In this document: positions 38,131-51,525 of the stretch, in pieces
How the letters are laid out: each line of letters starts with the position of its first letter
How positions within the stretch are numbered: position 1 is the stretch's first letter
From: Phoronis australis
Taxonomy: Eukaryota; Animalia; Phoronida
Assembly: GCA_002633005.1 (NCBI GenBank)
Contig: NMRA01000016.1
Location: 285,396-349,395, forward strand
DNA length: 64,000 nt
Direction of reading: 5' to 3'
Made by a program: the position numbers and the translations under genes
Notes under the pieces: model-generated
Told to the model about the DNA's origin: nothing
The model's input: the letters and a program-made list of their open reading frames with translations, nothing else
Databases searched by the model: none

Positions 38131-40319
38131 TTCAATTTCTAGTCATTAGTTCTAGTTACCTTTACTTCCAGTTCATTATGTTCTTGTTTTTTATATTCTA
38201 GACTTATGTATTCTAGTTTTCTGTTATACCGTTATTAGTACCTATATTTTATCATAGTCTAACCTTGTTATTGCTCGGGTTCTGCTTCCTCCGATGGGCG
38301 ATGTCGGCATTCCCGTGCTGCCATTATGGCGTTTTGTCCATGCCCATCTTGCAGAGTCTTAGTTAGTTTATCTATTTACGTCATGATAAATGACAATATT
38401 CGCAATCCTCCTCTTGTTTTACTCTGCAACATAGCTCGTGGCGTACCCCGGGCAAAATAGATTACGATAAAATTATTTATTGTCGCTTTTTATAATAGAC
38501 TATGAGCTGAGACCACCATCGTTCGCCAGTTTTTCTCGTAACGAGACAGAACACATGTTTATTTCCGGACTAACAGTACAGGTCTTCGTTCTTAAACAAC
38601 TTGAGGCTGCTGTTACGCGATGATCTGATATTCAAGTTTTTACGCTCCGTCGGTGCTCCTTACGCTCTTGAATATTTGAAAGTTGTCTAAACCCCTGTAT
38701 ACACACCACACTTTTTCGTATACGACTTTTCGTATGCTAAAAAGGTGTGTGTAAGCAGGTGTTTCAGCAAAAAATTTTGCTGGTGGCGTCACTCGTACCC
38801 ATATGTGCACAATATGGTTTCACGAAATTATGAGCCAAGTTCATGTGACGAAATCGAGAAGAGTTTTTAATTACCTTAAGAAAAACGCCATAGACATGTT
38901 AAGTGCCAGAAACTTACCAGGATGCATGGAAATTTCACTACTTGGCTACAAAAACAAAAAATGTCTTACACGGGAGAGGGGAACCCCCTCCTCCCAACCT
39001 CCCCCCGCTCTGCGCCACGCGCCTAGGATTCGACCTTTGCGGGAATCCTAACCCCCCCTTAATTTACTGAAAACGTAGATCCGCCACTGTCGGAGTTATC
39101 CCCAGCATATTTCAAAGCTACACAATAGATGTCACTAACGCTCATTTTTATCTATCACAAAACCCTTATCTGCAAAAAAGCATTGTTAGTTGGAGTACAT
39201 TAGTTTATGCCAAAGTGGAACATTTTAAGCCCAGCAATTCTTAAAAGAGTTCGCGAGAACAGTGCATTAGCAAAGTGTCCGAAAGTTTCATATAACGTGG
39301 ACCGCTATTAGCCCTTTCTGAGATGTGATGTTCAAAAGTCAATTTTTTCTTAGGTTCTCCATAGCCTTAAAAAGGGACAATTAAAAGAGTTATAAGTTAT
39401 AAATTATAATGGGTGCCATCATGCGAAAGGATATCATCTAATAAACAGGAAAACGTCGCGGTAATTAGTATTACAGCGGCAGTTGGATTCCGAGTATAAT
39501 TACGCTTTAGGACACACGTAAAGAGAGCAGCCGTCATCCTAAGTCAGAAAGGAATCCTAAAGTGAACGTGGACTGTCGTGTAGGGATTCTTCGGAAGTTC
39601 CGTCTCCTTAAAGCTATTAGTAAACTCTTTTGGTGCTTGGGATATTTTCCAAATTAACTTGGTCTCCACTTGGATAGCAATGAAACGAATCCACCACGTA
39701 GAACACCAAGCAAGAATTAAGCTATACACGGCACGAGCAGCGGCGAAGACTTCATTTCACTTGGAACTACTCAGCGAAAATTATTGATCCAACGTAATTT
39801 CGTTTGTCTTGTCACGTCTTTTGCCAAACAAAAGAATTGAACTCACTTTATTATATTGTGATTTATTGAACATATTTCTGAAGGAAAGCCCGCCACTCAA
39901 AGACTGATTTACAACTAGGCACTCCAATGAATTAGATTACAAGAATAATACAACTACAATGTGAAGCCTGGTGAGAGACATAATATATCGGACTACACCC
40001 AAAGCAATGCCCTTTTATGCACTGGAAGCGCTTCTGTCACTAACTGTGGAAGATTGAAGACTAGGCATCAAAATACACTAGTGTACTCTCAAGGAACGAA
40101 GGACTTAAGTGACTACGGTCCTCCTCTTTACCCTCTCAAAACCAAAATAAAACAATTTGACTTATATGGCAATTCGCCCCGAGGTTTTCTGTGGCACGAA
40201 CTTTGACATTATATTCAAATTGTGTTCACGCTCCTGATAACGCCTGAAACTTTATGTTTATAGCGTAAAATGACTTCTGTACAGACCAACACTTCATCAA
40301 CGAGCCTTTCATACGATTA

Positions 40320-40987
40320 TTACCTTTCAGTTTCTTCGCCCACCTCTCGGTCAACCTCATCATTTCGATGTATGGGAAATGGCTCACTCTCGTCATTGTT
40401 ATTAACGATATTTTCCGATCTTACTTCTTTGGCAACTGTTGCCTTTTTCAGCCTCTTGCGAATGAGAAAAACCGCAATAGTGACGTACAATGGGATAGGG
40501 GCGAATATGGCGGCACCACCAACCATGCACGACGCAAGATCACCGTCGGGGTTACCAAGAGAAAACTTGAGTATAAACAAAGCTATGGAGAGATTTTGAA
40601 TACCAGTTTCGAAAGCTATAGTTACGGCTCGAGAATGCGACTGTCGGCAAAGTCGTGCTATGGCGTAACCAAAGAAACCTGCCAACCACGGGACGCCGAC
40701 TGCAGCTGGAATTAGGTACCAATAAAGGAACAACACTTCGAACATGTAAATATTGACATAAATGCCGAAACAAATTACAACTAAAAGCATCGTGATATTG
40801 AAGGGTCGCACAAGCAATGCCGTTTTCTTCGTGATACTTGGTCGAAACTTCTTGACCGCTAGCCCCGCGATCACCGGAACTGCAACCAGACACAAGGATC
40901 CGAATAAATTCAAGTAGGGGATAATCATGTCTTTGGAACTTGAGCTGAACATTCGGCCGAGGGTGTACAACCACAAAGGCATAGTAG
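40320..40987 (-). CDS. SLC10-family symporter, exon 3
   Basis: ttttcag| (A)TMPLWLYTLG...RAVTIAFETGIQNLSIAL...TAA; ETGxQN Na-binding motif. Spliced CDS is 1419 nt (472 aa). Confidence 0.95.
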
Positions 40988-41644
40988 CTGAAAATATACA
41001 AACAATTTAAATGACCCTGAATGCAAGACGGGGAAGAAACTGTACTAAACGAATGAAACCACTTATATTTACAAAAAGAACATTTAATTGAAACAACATT
41101 CTGCCGACGTGACCGGTTATATAGTTGTTTAATATAATGTCCATATATAATGCAATGTCCCAATTTGTTATTTGCTGCGGCAATAAATCCTTGGGTTCCA
41201 CCTTAAGCGGCAAACTTCTGATTTAAATATTTACCGCTATGAAATTGGTCTCGGGTTTAATTTTCCTTACTCAAAATAGGGTTGGCTTCTGGGTTTGCAA
41301 GGAACCGACACTTTCTTGTACCTATAAACAATGCTAGGCGCCTATCAGGGTAAAGCCCGGGCTCAGGCAATAACAAACTGTCATTTTGGTCGAAGCCCTA
41401 AAACTTCCTCAATAGGGAGCTTTCGGAAATAGCCGCGCCATATTGAAGTGCATTATACCGCCAGACGGCGATCATGTCTTTGGGGAACAGGCACTCAGTG
41501 CCACCTACAGATACCATGTAATGTGGACGGGAGGTTTCAACCCTGTTGGTATAAACATCGTTTCGAACAATTCCTGCTATCATAATGCCGCTCAATTTCC
41601 ACTGCTGCACGGTGGAGTGTACTATAATGGCTTAAAGAAAAGAC

Positions 41645-44090
41645 AAACTATCTCGATCTCTATCGTTCTAGTTACACTTCACACGAGAAGTCGAGTATTC
41701 TGAAGTGGTGCATGTTGATGAAATTGAAAGTGCAATGGTAAGATGTGTGTATGTACAACACTGTAAGTGTGAAGGTGCAGTGCAATGTGCATCAGAAGAG
41801 GACTCTCTGGACCAAGAGAGAAAGCTCCAACGACGTGGGTAGGTAGGTTGTTCCAGAAGACTGTTGTAGGGCGGAAGGGGTTTTGTAGATATGCGGTGCG
41901 ACACTGAGGTGTCATGAAGTACATACTATGGCATCTAGGTGGGATACAAATAGGTAACGGGAATGGCGATGGTGTGATGGAGTTCCAGGGTTTGCCAGTT
42001 TAATGAATTGATCATTTCACTTTCTGAGAAAGTATTGTGATATCTATTCAGGGTAAATCTTGCAGCTCGTCGCTGCACCATTTCAGTCTTGTGAGTGAGA
42101 GCTTTTGTGTGAGGTGACCATACTGTTGTACAGTACTCTAGTTTTGGTGGGACTAAAGAGGTATAAGACATTTCCTTAATTTTCTGAAGAGTGTGACAAA
42201 TGCTTCGTCTAAGATGAAGCCAAGGATTTTACAGGCAGAAGCAGCAACTGCATCAATATGAGAATTCCAGGTGAGATTGTCAAAAATAATAACGCCAAGA
42301 TATTTGGCCTCAGACAGAGGTGATAGGAGTGAGCTATGGAGGAACTATTCTTGGAGGATAGGTTCCTTTTTTCGATGCACGTGAAGAACATTACACTTCG
42401 ATGCATGAAACTGCATAACCCACTCTAATTCCAAATCAGCCAGTTTGCTGATATCCTGTTGGAGCGAGATGCTGTCTTCTTGGTTGCCCATGAAGCAGTA
42501 AATTAAGAAGTCAGAGGCGGATATTGGAAGAAAGAGAAGGAAAATGATTCGTTCAAAGAAAGACCCCCTGAGGAACCCTAGAGTGCACAGGGGTGATGTC
42601 AGATTCGCCCTCTACCACATCACGCTGAGGTCTATAGTTACGAAAGGAGGCAACTCAATTCATTGTGAGGCCGCGAACCCCAAAGAAATCAATTTTGTTA
42701 AAAAGTCTAGAGTGAGGTGCTTTGTCCATAATGAAGACATTGGACTGGATGCCTGTGTCCATATTGAGAAAGAGGTCGTTTGTGAAAGTAAGAAGTTGAG
42801 ATGCATATGATCTGTTTGGCCTAAAGCCGCGTTGCCATTTGTAAAGAATATCGTTGCTTTCAAGGTGTTTCACAAGGTAACTCACGGTGATGTGTTCAAG
42901 AATCTTGCAGCATATACAAGGGAGATAAGTCTGCAATTTTCTGCTTTGTGTTTATTTCCTTTTTTGAAAAATGTGGCAACACTGGCGTCAATCTGCTGGA
43001 ACCACACCAAATTATAGGGAGGCATTAAAGGAGTCGGTCAATAAAGGAGCTGTTGGGCCTGATAGGGCCCGAAGAACTATAGGCAAGATAGTGTCTGGAC
43101 CTGGGGACTTGTGTGGGTTCTGAGCGGAAAGTACTTTTTCGATTCCTTTGATATCAATGATAGGATCTGGGATGGTTTCATGAAGTCTTTCTCCGAGGTT
43201 TTGACCTCAGCAGTGAAGACTGAGCACTGAAATTGATTATTGAGAATTTTTGCCTTATCGGATGGCAGGGTGGCTAGCCGGCTGTCGTGTTGCAACGAGT
43301 CCAACTGGGAAGGTTCTCCCTTGAGACTTTTAACAAATGTAAAGAGGCGCTTGGGATCGCCCTTATATTCAGGGTCGATAATTCTATTGGCAACGTATTT
43401 CCTGTTCAAGTTTTGTACTTGGTGACGGAGGGACAAGTAGGAGGCGCGGTAGTAGTCATGATTTGTAAACTCCCACTTCTTGAAGGCTCTGTCTTTTTAC
43501 GGACGAGCTTCTTCAGGCTGTGTCCGATCCATGTATGTTTGTCTTTTTGGATCCTGTCATTTTCTGTGGAAGGAACTGGTCTACTGCCTAGTTGACGAGG
43601 GCTTTGAAAGAAGACCTAAGATCGTCTAACGGGTCTACTTTACGAAATGAGTTGTGAAAGGAAGTTTGTTGATCAAGAACGAAAGTAGACATAGCATCAA
43701 AGTAGGCTTTTTTTCCAAAGGTGGGTTTTTCTTAGCTTTTGTCTAGTCAGTTTGGGATTGACATCAAATTCGAAGTTTACTATGTCGTGGACACTACATA
43801 CCGGATATCCGGCAGTTCTGCAACGGTTCTGTTAAGTATAGTTGGTTAAAAGGGGGTCAAGGACATTTCCATCTCTTGTGGGTTAGTAAACCATTTGTTG
43901 AGGAAAGTTGACATTGTGGGTTGGTAAACCATTTGTTGAGGAAAGTCGTCATTGATAGGAGTTATCAGACATCTTGAAATATCCATGGATAAAGGACATG
44001 ATGTTCTATAAATGCCCCAATCATTGGAGCGTGGGCTCCACGCCCTGCGAAGTCAAACTGCGACTGACAGAGTTGGAGAATTTCGATTCC
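41645..44090 (-). mobile_element. Decayed CR1-like LINE in SLC10 intron 2
   Basis: RT-region peptides ICCKILEHI..LYKWQRGFRPNRS..SQLL, YTSLV.PKLEYCTTVWSPH, VQRRAARF, WNNLP.HVV; many stops and frameshifts; 38-bp internal tandem duplication near 43878-43953. Confidence 0.88.
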
Positions 44091-45061
44091 TGTCGATGTG
44101 AAAGGCTAACATAAAATAATAAACTCAACCTAATTAAACAATTTGGGACTAGCAGGTGGTTCTAGTCCAAGTTCGCATTGATAACCCTAACAAGCCAATA
44201 CAAAACTCAAGATTTCGAAGAAACTCGTTATTTTGAGTTCATGAGATTCGTACTTTTGGCTTTAATGCTGAAGTCATTAAGTGTAACTTGGATTAGGAAG
44301 TCATCCACTTAAAAAGGTTACGTATGTACTCGAGCATAGAAAAATTCATGCGTATCTTGAGTTTGCACAAAAGCACTGACACTAGAAAATGAAACGAATA
44401 ATTCCGAGTTCGAGATCTGGCCCAGAAGCAAATAGTACACTTTTTGTCCTTATATGTAGTCAGATGATAGGACCGTCCCAGACAAAGACGTTAACGGTCT
44501 CTGCTCCAGACATAACACCACGTGAGCAAAAACAAAATTTTGAGTTTTCATCAGTGTATTTGGTTTCATCTAAGATTAAAAAGATGAATAATAAATGAAT
44601 TTACTTAATTTTTTAGCCTAGAAAGACAATTATTGTTTCCAGAATTTTTCATTTAACTTCTTTAGTCGTTCATCGACCGTTTAAGATCGGAGAATTGTCG
44701 CTACTTCTGTTTTTAAAATGCCGAGGAAGAAAATAGTTCAAATGTTGTATCTGTATTTAGTATGTATTAATACAACCGGGTTTTACAAATACTTTTTCGA
44801 AAATAAAAGGACTATTAAAATGGTCACAGAAAGTCTCATTGATTGAAAGTAGAGTGAATTATGCACAACACAAAACGGGTCAAATTTAAGCTTTAATTTA
44901 GACTAGCAGAATGGCTGCCCGCCCGAAGCAAAAACGCTCATTTTAAGGGAAAATCGCGGTTACTGTTTCATACAAGAAGCTTCCTCGCAGCCACCCGACG
45001 GTGCATGTCCGTCGTGACTGTCTTCGTTGCTTTATGTCGGAACGCAGTCTAGGTAACTCAC

Positions 45062-45230
45062 CAAATGCACCAAGACTGCTAACAGTTGTCATCGTCATGC
45101 TAAGGTCAAGGTCGAAGTCGAACAGCATGGTATAGATGTTACTCGTACCACCTCCAGGGCAACATCCAATGGTAAACAACCCAAGTCCAAATACTTTGTT
45201 GGGCACAGCATTCGAAATTCCAAACGCCAC
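45062..45230 (-). CDS. SLC10-family symporter, exon 2
   Basis: ttttcatag| VAFGIS...GCCPGGGTSNIYTMLFDFDLDLSMTMTTVSSLGAF G|GTGAGT; classic CCPGG-SN / D..LS..MT motifs. Confidence 0.95.
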
Positions 45231-48200
45231 CTATGAAAATCAGAATTATTGATGTGATAGGAAAGTACAGCGCCAAGTACTTATGGCCATAGAGCTCTAG
45301 GATGTTCCATGCTGTGACAAAGCGGCTTCACAACATTCCTAAAGGCTGCGTTTTTTAAAGCTTAACCTGACTAAACGTGCCAAAAGTAAAAACTATCAGA
45401 GTTAGACTTTACGTGTGACCAACGATCATCATTCAGAAGACAGTTCACTGCTTATGTACTAAAACACATTATATTTAACCCAGCTCTCTGCAACAGAACA
45501 ACGAGCGGCTCTGTAACTCTCGTTACTGAATCATCAAAAAACTGCCTTGCGTTACGATTCGAAGTGTGCTGAATCTGCAAGCGTTACATAAGGTAAGCGA
45601 GGAATGAGTTAACCGTTGGATTGTGGTAAACGACCGCCCAACTACTCGAAGAGCCACATAATCTACTTTAATTTGTGGCACAATGCGGAGCACTTGCAAC
45701 TGATACCTTAAAAGGTTAATAAACCCTCACGAGAAAAACTCGCCTGGTTTCTAGCTATAGCAGTACAGATGTCGGACTGCTGTTATGTTTATAACTTGGA
45801 AAGTGTCAACTTACCGACCCCTGTTATCACTATAGTAGTAGTAATAGTAACACCCAACCTAGTATTCTATAAATGATTTTTATAAAATACTTGACTTTTC
45901 GTTAAATTATACAAAAACAACAAAAACCAGTGTATGAGATGACATCGATTTTTTCAACATCCAATATTTATGATTTTACAAAATAATAAGTTGATGTGAA
46001 GGTGGTGTATGAATACAGAACTTGTAGTAATTTTCATTACAAACACTTTTATGGCCGCAATTGCGTATTGCTTCAGTTCCTGGAATCCCATGTACAGTAG
46101 TCTGCACGTCTCTTTTTAGTCTATTTGTTGTGATACTGTGGGTTGCGCCAACATCTACTTCTGCTAGGGAGTGAGACTGATTCATATGTGACAGTGGAGA
46201 TAAAACCAGGAGAAATAGATTAGGGAACTTCAGTCCCAAGACAGCACCAAAATACCCTTCCAACACATTAAAGCTCCGTCATTAAGGGAAGAAAAAATAG
46301 CTATGCATGTACTAAGGGTACCTATAAATAAATGCTCTTCAATTAAGTTTACTTAACATTAACTGAGTGTGCAATCACTAATTGGTGATTCAGTTGTGTT
46401 TTGTTAGTGCCTGTTCTAAATCACCCAGTGTATTTGATTTATTTTCTGTAGTTAATGGATTGAAGACAACAAAAAGTAAATATAGCTGTAAGCAACAGTT
46501 TGCCTACCGGTACGTAAAACTTAATTCTTTCTCAAGATCTTATCACACATAGAGAAGAGGATCAGATGATGACAAAAAAGTAACGCAAAATGAGGTTCAC
46601 GTTATGATGACAGGAAATGGTGGCAAACTCCCAAAGGATTATATCCTCTCTCACTAAGTCTTGATCAACTATAAAATCGTACTCGGCCAATCCCAGGTGG
46701 TCATCTGGTTGTTTCCTACTCTTTTATTTTAGATTCTGTTGCAGGAATACACCTAAAATCTGAAAAGCAACATTTCTCTGCAAAAAGTTGAACTCCAAAG
46801 TTTCTAAAGAGCTTTCTATAAATGAAAACAATTTGGCTATGGGAAAATGTTCATTTCACTAATAATAAAATTAACTGAACGGACTAAACAGAAAAGAAAG
46901 GTCAAAATTCCCACAACTAAACACTTTATCAACTTATGAATACGAGAACAAAAAAATAATAATTTGCAGGCGACATTTAAAAATTTTGTTGTTGAAGAAA
47001 AAGAATACTCCACTCTACATATGAAACGTGAACAAATTAATCAGATTATTCAAGCGTTATTCGGACGTAGTCATCTATATAGGCCAGATTCTTCTGCATT
47101 TTCATCAAACTTGTGCAGTACTACGACATTGTAATTGTGTCATAATTGTTCATTTGTTTGGGTCTGTTTTGGTCTATTGGTCTGCCTGTCATCGCTCAAA
47201 AACCACTCGTACCCTGTGTTGGTGCCAGCCAGTATAGTTTTCAAATTGGTCTAATCTCTTAGTTTACTAAGTTGTCTCTTTATTGAATAACTGTTCATTT
47301 TGGATTAGCACAACAAAAGATTTCAGATATGTTTCTGTTAACTTTCTCTGTTTTCTGTCGAGTAACTTCTATGCCGCATCCAACCCGAGTATGCATGTGA
47401 TGTTCTGCTCTTTTCTGTATGTTGATGTCGCAGACCAAGTATACCGGACACCCGACCAAGTTAACTTGGTTGGGTGACCTTGGTCCACGACTTTGACACA
47501 TTGTCCATTCGAAGAATCATTGCTTGCAAACTACAGGATGACCATTTACATATGTTGCAGAAACAGTGGTAGTTGCTTTCTGTATGTCAGGGCACAAGTG
47601 ATTTAGATCCAATAAAGTGTCGCAAAATGAAAGCGTGGTCTAATACATTCGTGTACTCATTCTGGTAACACTACAAGTTATAGTGGACACTGCTGTTACC
47701 CATCACTCTGATCTTTGATTTCGAGTCATACATTCTGATTGCAGTCACTGTGTACCTCATTTAGCCATCTGTTGCTTTGCTTAAGTTGTTTTGTTTTTCT
47801 ACACCAAACATTAAAGACATTTACTCAATTCATCAGTTTACCCGACATTTACCTTATTGCTGCTTGCGTGAAAACACTGGTAGTCTTTTCTTATGCCGTC
47901 TTCATACACACTGAGAGTGAACCGTCTATGATGAATTCTCAATATTATTTGAAAACTAGGATCTTTTCATATAACGCCTCTAGTTTAAGGATTAATCTCG
48001 AGCTATTTATTTTCACTAACATCGGTGACAGATCTACGTTTTCAGTAAGGCGGGGAGGGGGGGGGGGTTACGATTCACGTAGTGCCGAACGGAAGGAAGG
48101 TCGGGAGGGGGAAACCCGTGTAAGATTTTTTGTGGTTTTTAGTAGCTGATTTCGTTTTTCTGGCGAAATTTTTTCAATTTTTCTTTTTGATCCGGTCCCG

Positions 48201-49147
48201 AGGGGGGTTTCAACCCCCTGAACCCCCCCTGTAGATCCGCCTCTGGAAATAACGGCTCACTTTTTAGATAGAATAGTAGAAAATGACACTGAGGTCGTAT
48301 AAATAGTAATACAGATTAAATGATAAAAAAACACTAACATTTGAGGGTAAAAAAGACGCAAACACGCATGCTGACTGACTTGCAAACAAAAGCAAACGAC
48401 GACCGAAGAACTTATCACAGCCGAGGTATAACAATGACTGACTCGACAGCTCCCACAGTCAGACTAAGTGAAAAGAAACTGTCGCGAAATTCTTGCTTCC
48501 CAAAACGTAACTTCCGAAGTAAAGGACGAATAATTAATTAAATTACGAAAAGCCTCTTGGAAAGCAGTGCTATCACTGAAGAGGCCACCCTCATTTTAAA
48601 TATCACAATAATAAATAAATAAATAAGTGAAAAATACTTCTGGGATAATCAAAGAACCTTATTTTTGCTAAAAATGACATGAAAAAGGGTTGCCTTTCCC
48701 TTTACGGGCGCAGAAGTTTGGTGGTATAGTTGGAGACCACGGAAACAGAGCATTACTGATGTGGACGACAATGGGGGATAGAATGGGTGGATGGGGAGGG
48801 GCCGAATCAACCGTGGCGACCGGGAGGGTGGAATGGCGATACGGGATCGTAAGGGCAACACTTCATAGTCACGAGAGACCCCCAAATAAATCCCCACTGC
48901 CACCCTGTCCCCACACATGCTCCTTTAGCTCTTGTCACAAATCTGACAGCCATCTCTGGAAAGGAAATGTAAACACACTCATTGTAGACACTTTGCATTA
49001 ATATATGCACCTAGACAGTAGCTCTTTCCAGGTTGGCCCCCAAAAGCTAGTTTTAAGTGGAAATTTGAGTAGCCAGTTAAACAACAACATGATGTAATCA
49101 GATCAGCTATAAAGGACAAAGACAAAACCAAACATTGCTATATTTAC

Positions 49148-49729
49148 CAGGGGCATTACGAGCCACTGACTGGCCATTCCAATTGCAGGAGCGATAGGCT
49201 TTTTCAAGATGCTGACAATGACGTCCCATTTCAACTCACAGCTCAAAAGAAATGTCCCGATACTTAGCAGGACAGACAACACGATGGTGAAAACAGAGTC
49301 CAAATTTTTCTTCTTCTCTTGCCGATGAACGGCTACTTCGATGATGACCGACGTAGAAGAATAATCACGTTGCTCGATCATTACGTTGATGGCGGTTCGG
49401 CCAATCTGCTTTCCGCGAAGAGTTAAATTGCCGTTCAAATGAGAAATGCGGCATCCCGAACAATTATTGCACTGGATTTCGTCCACAGTAACACTTAAAC
49501 TCGAAGAATCGACACTGAGAATCTCTTTGTCTTTAGGCCTTGCAAAGATGACAAGATCATCATTAAAAATACTGCAAATAGTAACGGTGAAATTCAAGTT
49601 AACTTCATGGTCGTCTACAAGGTAGAAGGTATCCGACGGCGTCACGGATAACACCCACTGAGTGCCGTTAGGTAGCACACTTAGTCCCGGAGCAACGAGA
49701 ACGAGAAAAACGGCTCCTGCACAAAACAT
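49148..49729 (-). CDS. SLC10-family Na+/bile-acid symporter, exon 1 (signal peptide, extracellular extension, first TMs)
   Basis: MFCAGAVFLVLVAPGLS hydrophobic leader; ...LKKPIAPAIGMASQWLVMPL |GTAAAT, phase 0; SLC10 Q..MPL motif. Confidence 0.9.
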
Positions 49730-51167
49730 TTATTACGTTTGGGTTGACTCGGAAGCCGTCGACTTTTTGCTAAGAACCCGTACAAAACACTCCTAGCGAA
49801 TACAAACCAAAAATGTTGCCGGTAGCGGTTTTGTTGCAAATTGTCGAACCTTCTCGCTCTGGTTAACGACGTCCTCAGGACTTGTTTGCGTTTGGCAGAG
49901 GAGCCTATGTACTCGTGTCCAAACTCAAAGCACTAACCGAAAGAACTGTAGCCGACTAAGTAATAATGCATCACGTCAAGCCGGGTGACTTACACCACAC
50001 TTCTCGTACTTACGCAACGGAAGGATAAGCCTGTTATTTAGTTATTTGACACAAAACAAACAGAAAGCCAAAAATTTGCCAACTGTCTGTCATCTTGCAG
50101 AGTATCACGTCGGTTTTTCAAGAATATCATGAGAGGTATACAAAGCAACAGACGTCTGAAACAAACAAACAAAAAAATCATCGTTAAACTCACAAACAAT
50201 ACACCAGTCTTCATAAAAAATACAGTGTATGCCTAGGCCTGAATGTCAGAATACAAATTCATGCATGGCTTCCTGCCAAGCCTTGCGCGGGCTCTAAAAG
50301 GGTGAGTAGGACGGGTCAGAGACACAAGTAACAAAGTGAATTATTACGATAGAAATTACTGTTGGTCCTAATGGCACCTGACAAAAGCCGAGGAAAAGGG
50401 ACTATCTAATGAGGGGATCGAACCCAAGGTTAATATGAGTGGATTGGGAATGGGCAATTTAATTGTACCAGAACCAAGACCAGCACGGTGAATCGGCATG
50501 GTATATAACGTGAAAACGAGCTTACCGTGAGAGTGAATGAACGGGAGAAACGAAGAAAAGGCGAATAAAAAATAGATAAGTTCTAAGGACGTACGTCGAC
50601 CGATGTGGCCGTCACAAAGGTGAAGTATAACACGAGGTTAGATAACAAAAAGTCACAAGAGTCAGCGTGAAGCGCGAGGAAATATCGAGTTCAGTAACCA
50701 GGACCGGTAGAGCACGGNTTTTTTCTCTAGTAGGCCTACACCGATAAATTTCCTGAACAACAAGTCCACGTCTTCTGCCCCGCTCCCCACAACTTTCGGG
50801 CCGCCTGCGCACATGCGACCGCGCTTTGCCCAGTCCCCCGATCCTAGGTCTGCCATTGATTTGATATCGACTGTTACGGTAGTCACTGCGCGTTCGACCA
50901 CCCATTTGGCGAAGTGGGCAAAAATGTCCGTCTCAGAGAAAAAAACTAGAAAACGAGACAAGAGTCCACTGAAAAGACACGAACTACCAAAATTCGGCGA
51001 ATGCACAATTCATAGCTCTGAACGTACCCGTTTTTTTAGTAAAATGTACAAATTCTCAAAAATTCGAGCCAGCTCCATTTTTTAGGCTAGGTGCGCGCAA
51101 GATCATCATGAAGGCGAGATTCCAGGGCACGGAGAGAGCTAACAGTGTGTTTTTGTTCGAGACTAGG

Positions 51168-51525
51168 GGCCGGAATCTAATCTTTGTACTCGAAACGAAC
51201 TCGAAACTCTGCTACTTTTGTGCGTGGTTATTAGACTGTCCTCGAGTAAATTATAGTTTGCGCATATGAGTTTCTAGTCCAAGTTTACAATTAATGACCC
51301 TTATACTCGTGCCCAGTACAAACTGGAGCAAAAACTCGAAAATTTTAGCGTTAATGATGGGTTTATCAACTGCAAACTAGGACTAGAACATTAACCAAGC
51401 GAGTCATTTTGTACTCGAGCGTAGAATAGGTCTACACTTATTTTGAGTTTGCACAAAAATAGCGTAGAAAATGCCAAACACAATTTTTGGAGTTCCACTT
51501 TTAGTAAAAAGATTAGATCCCGGGC
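51168..51525. mobile_element. MITE; degenerate relatives near 1273-1410, 15180-15490 and 44160-44425
   Basis: TIR ccggaatctaatctttgtact / agtaaaaagattagatcccgg; shared tactcgag / ttgagtttgcacaaaa motifs in the other copies. Confidence 0.65.

Larger units (their letters stand above)
34800..39089 (+). mobile_element. Degenerate hAT-like DNA transposon enclosing the DIRS element
   Basis: Inverted termini CAGTGGCGGAT (34800) and ATCCGCCACTG (39079-39089); remnant peptide DADIVEAYKLIDTAIDEV near 35840-35890; flanks share only GGAGT. Confidence 0.5.

Noticed and set aside
40270-41163. Overlapping ORFs 40270-40599, 40368-40715 and 40552-41163
   Set aside because: Shadow frames of SLC10 exon 3.
48773-48801. 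G-quadruplex-capable G runs
   Set aside because: Single intronic motif with no supporting context.
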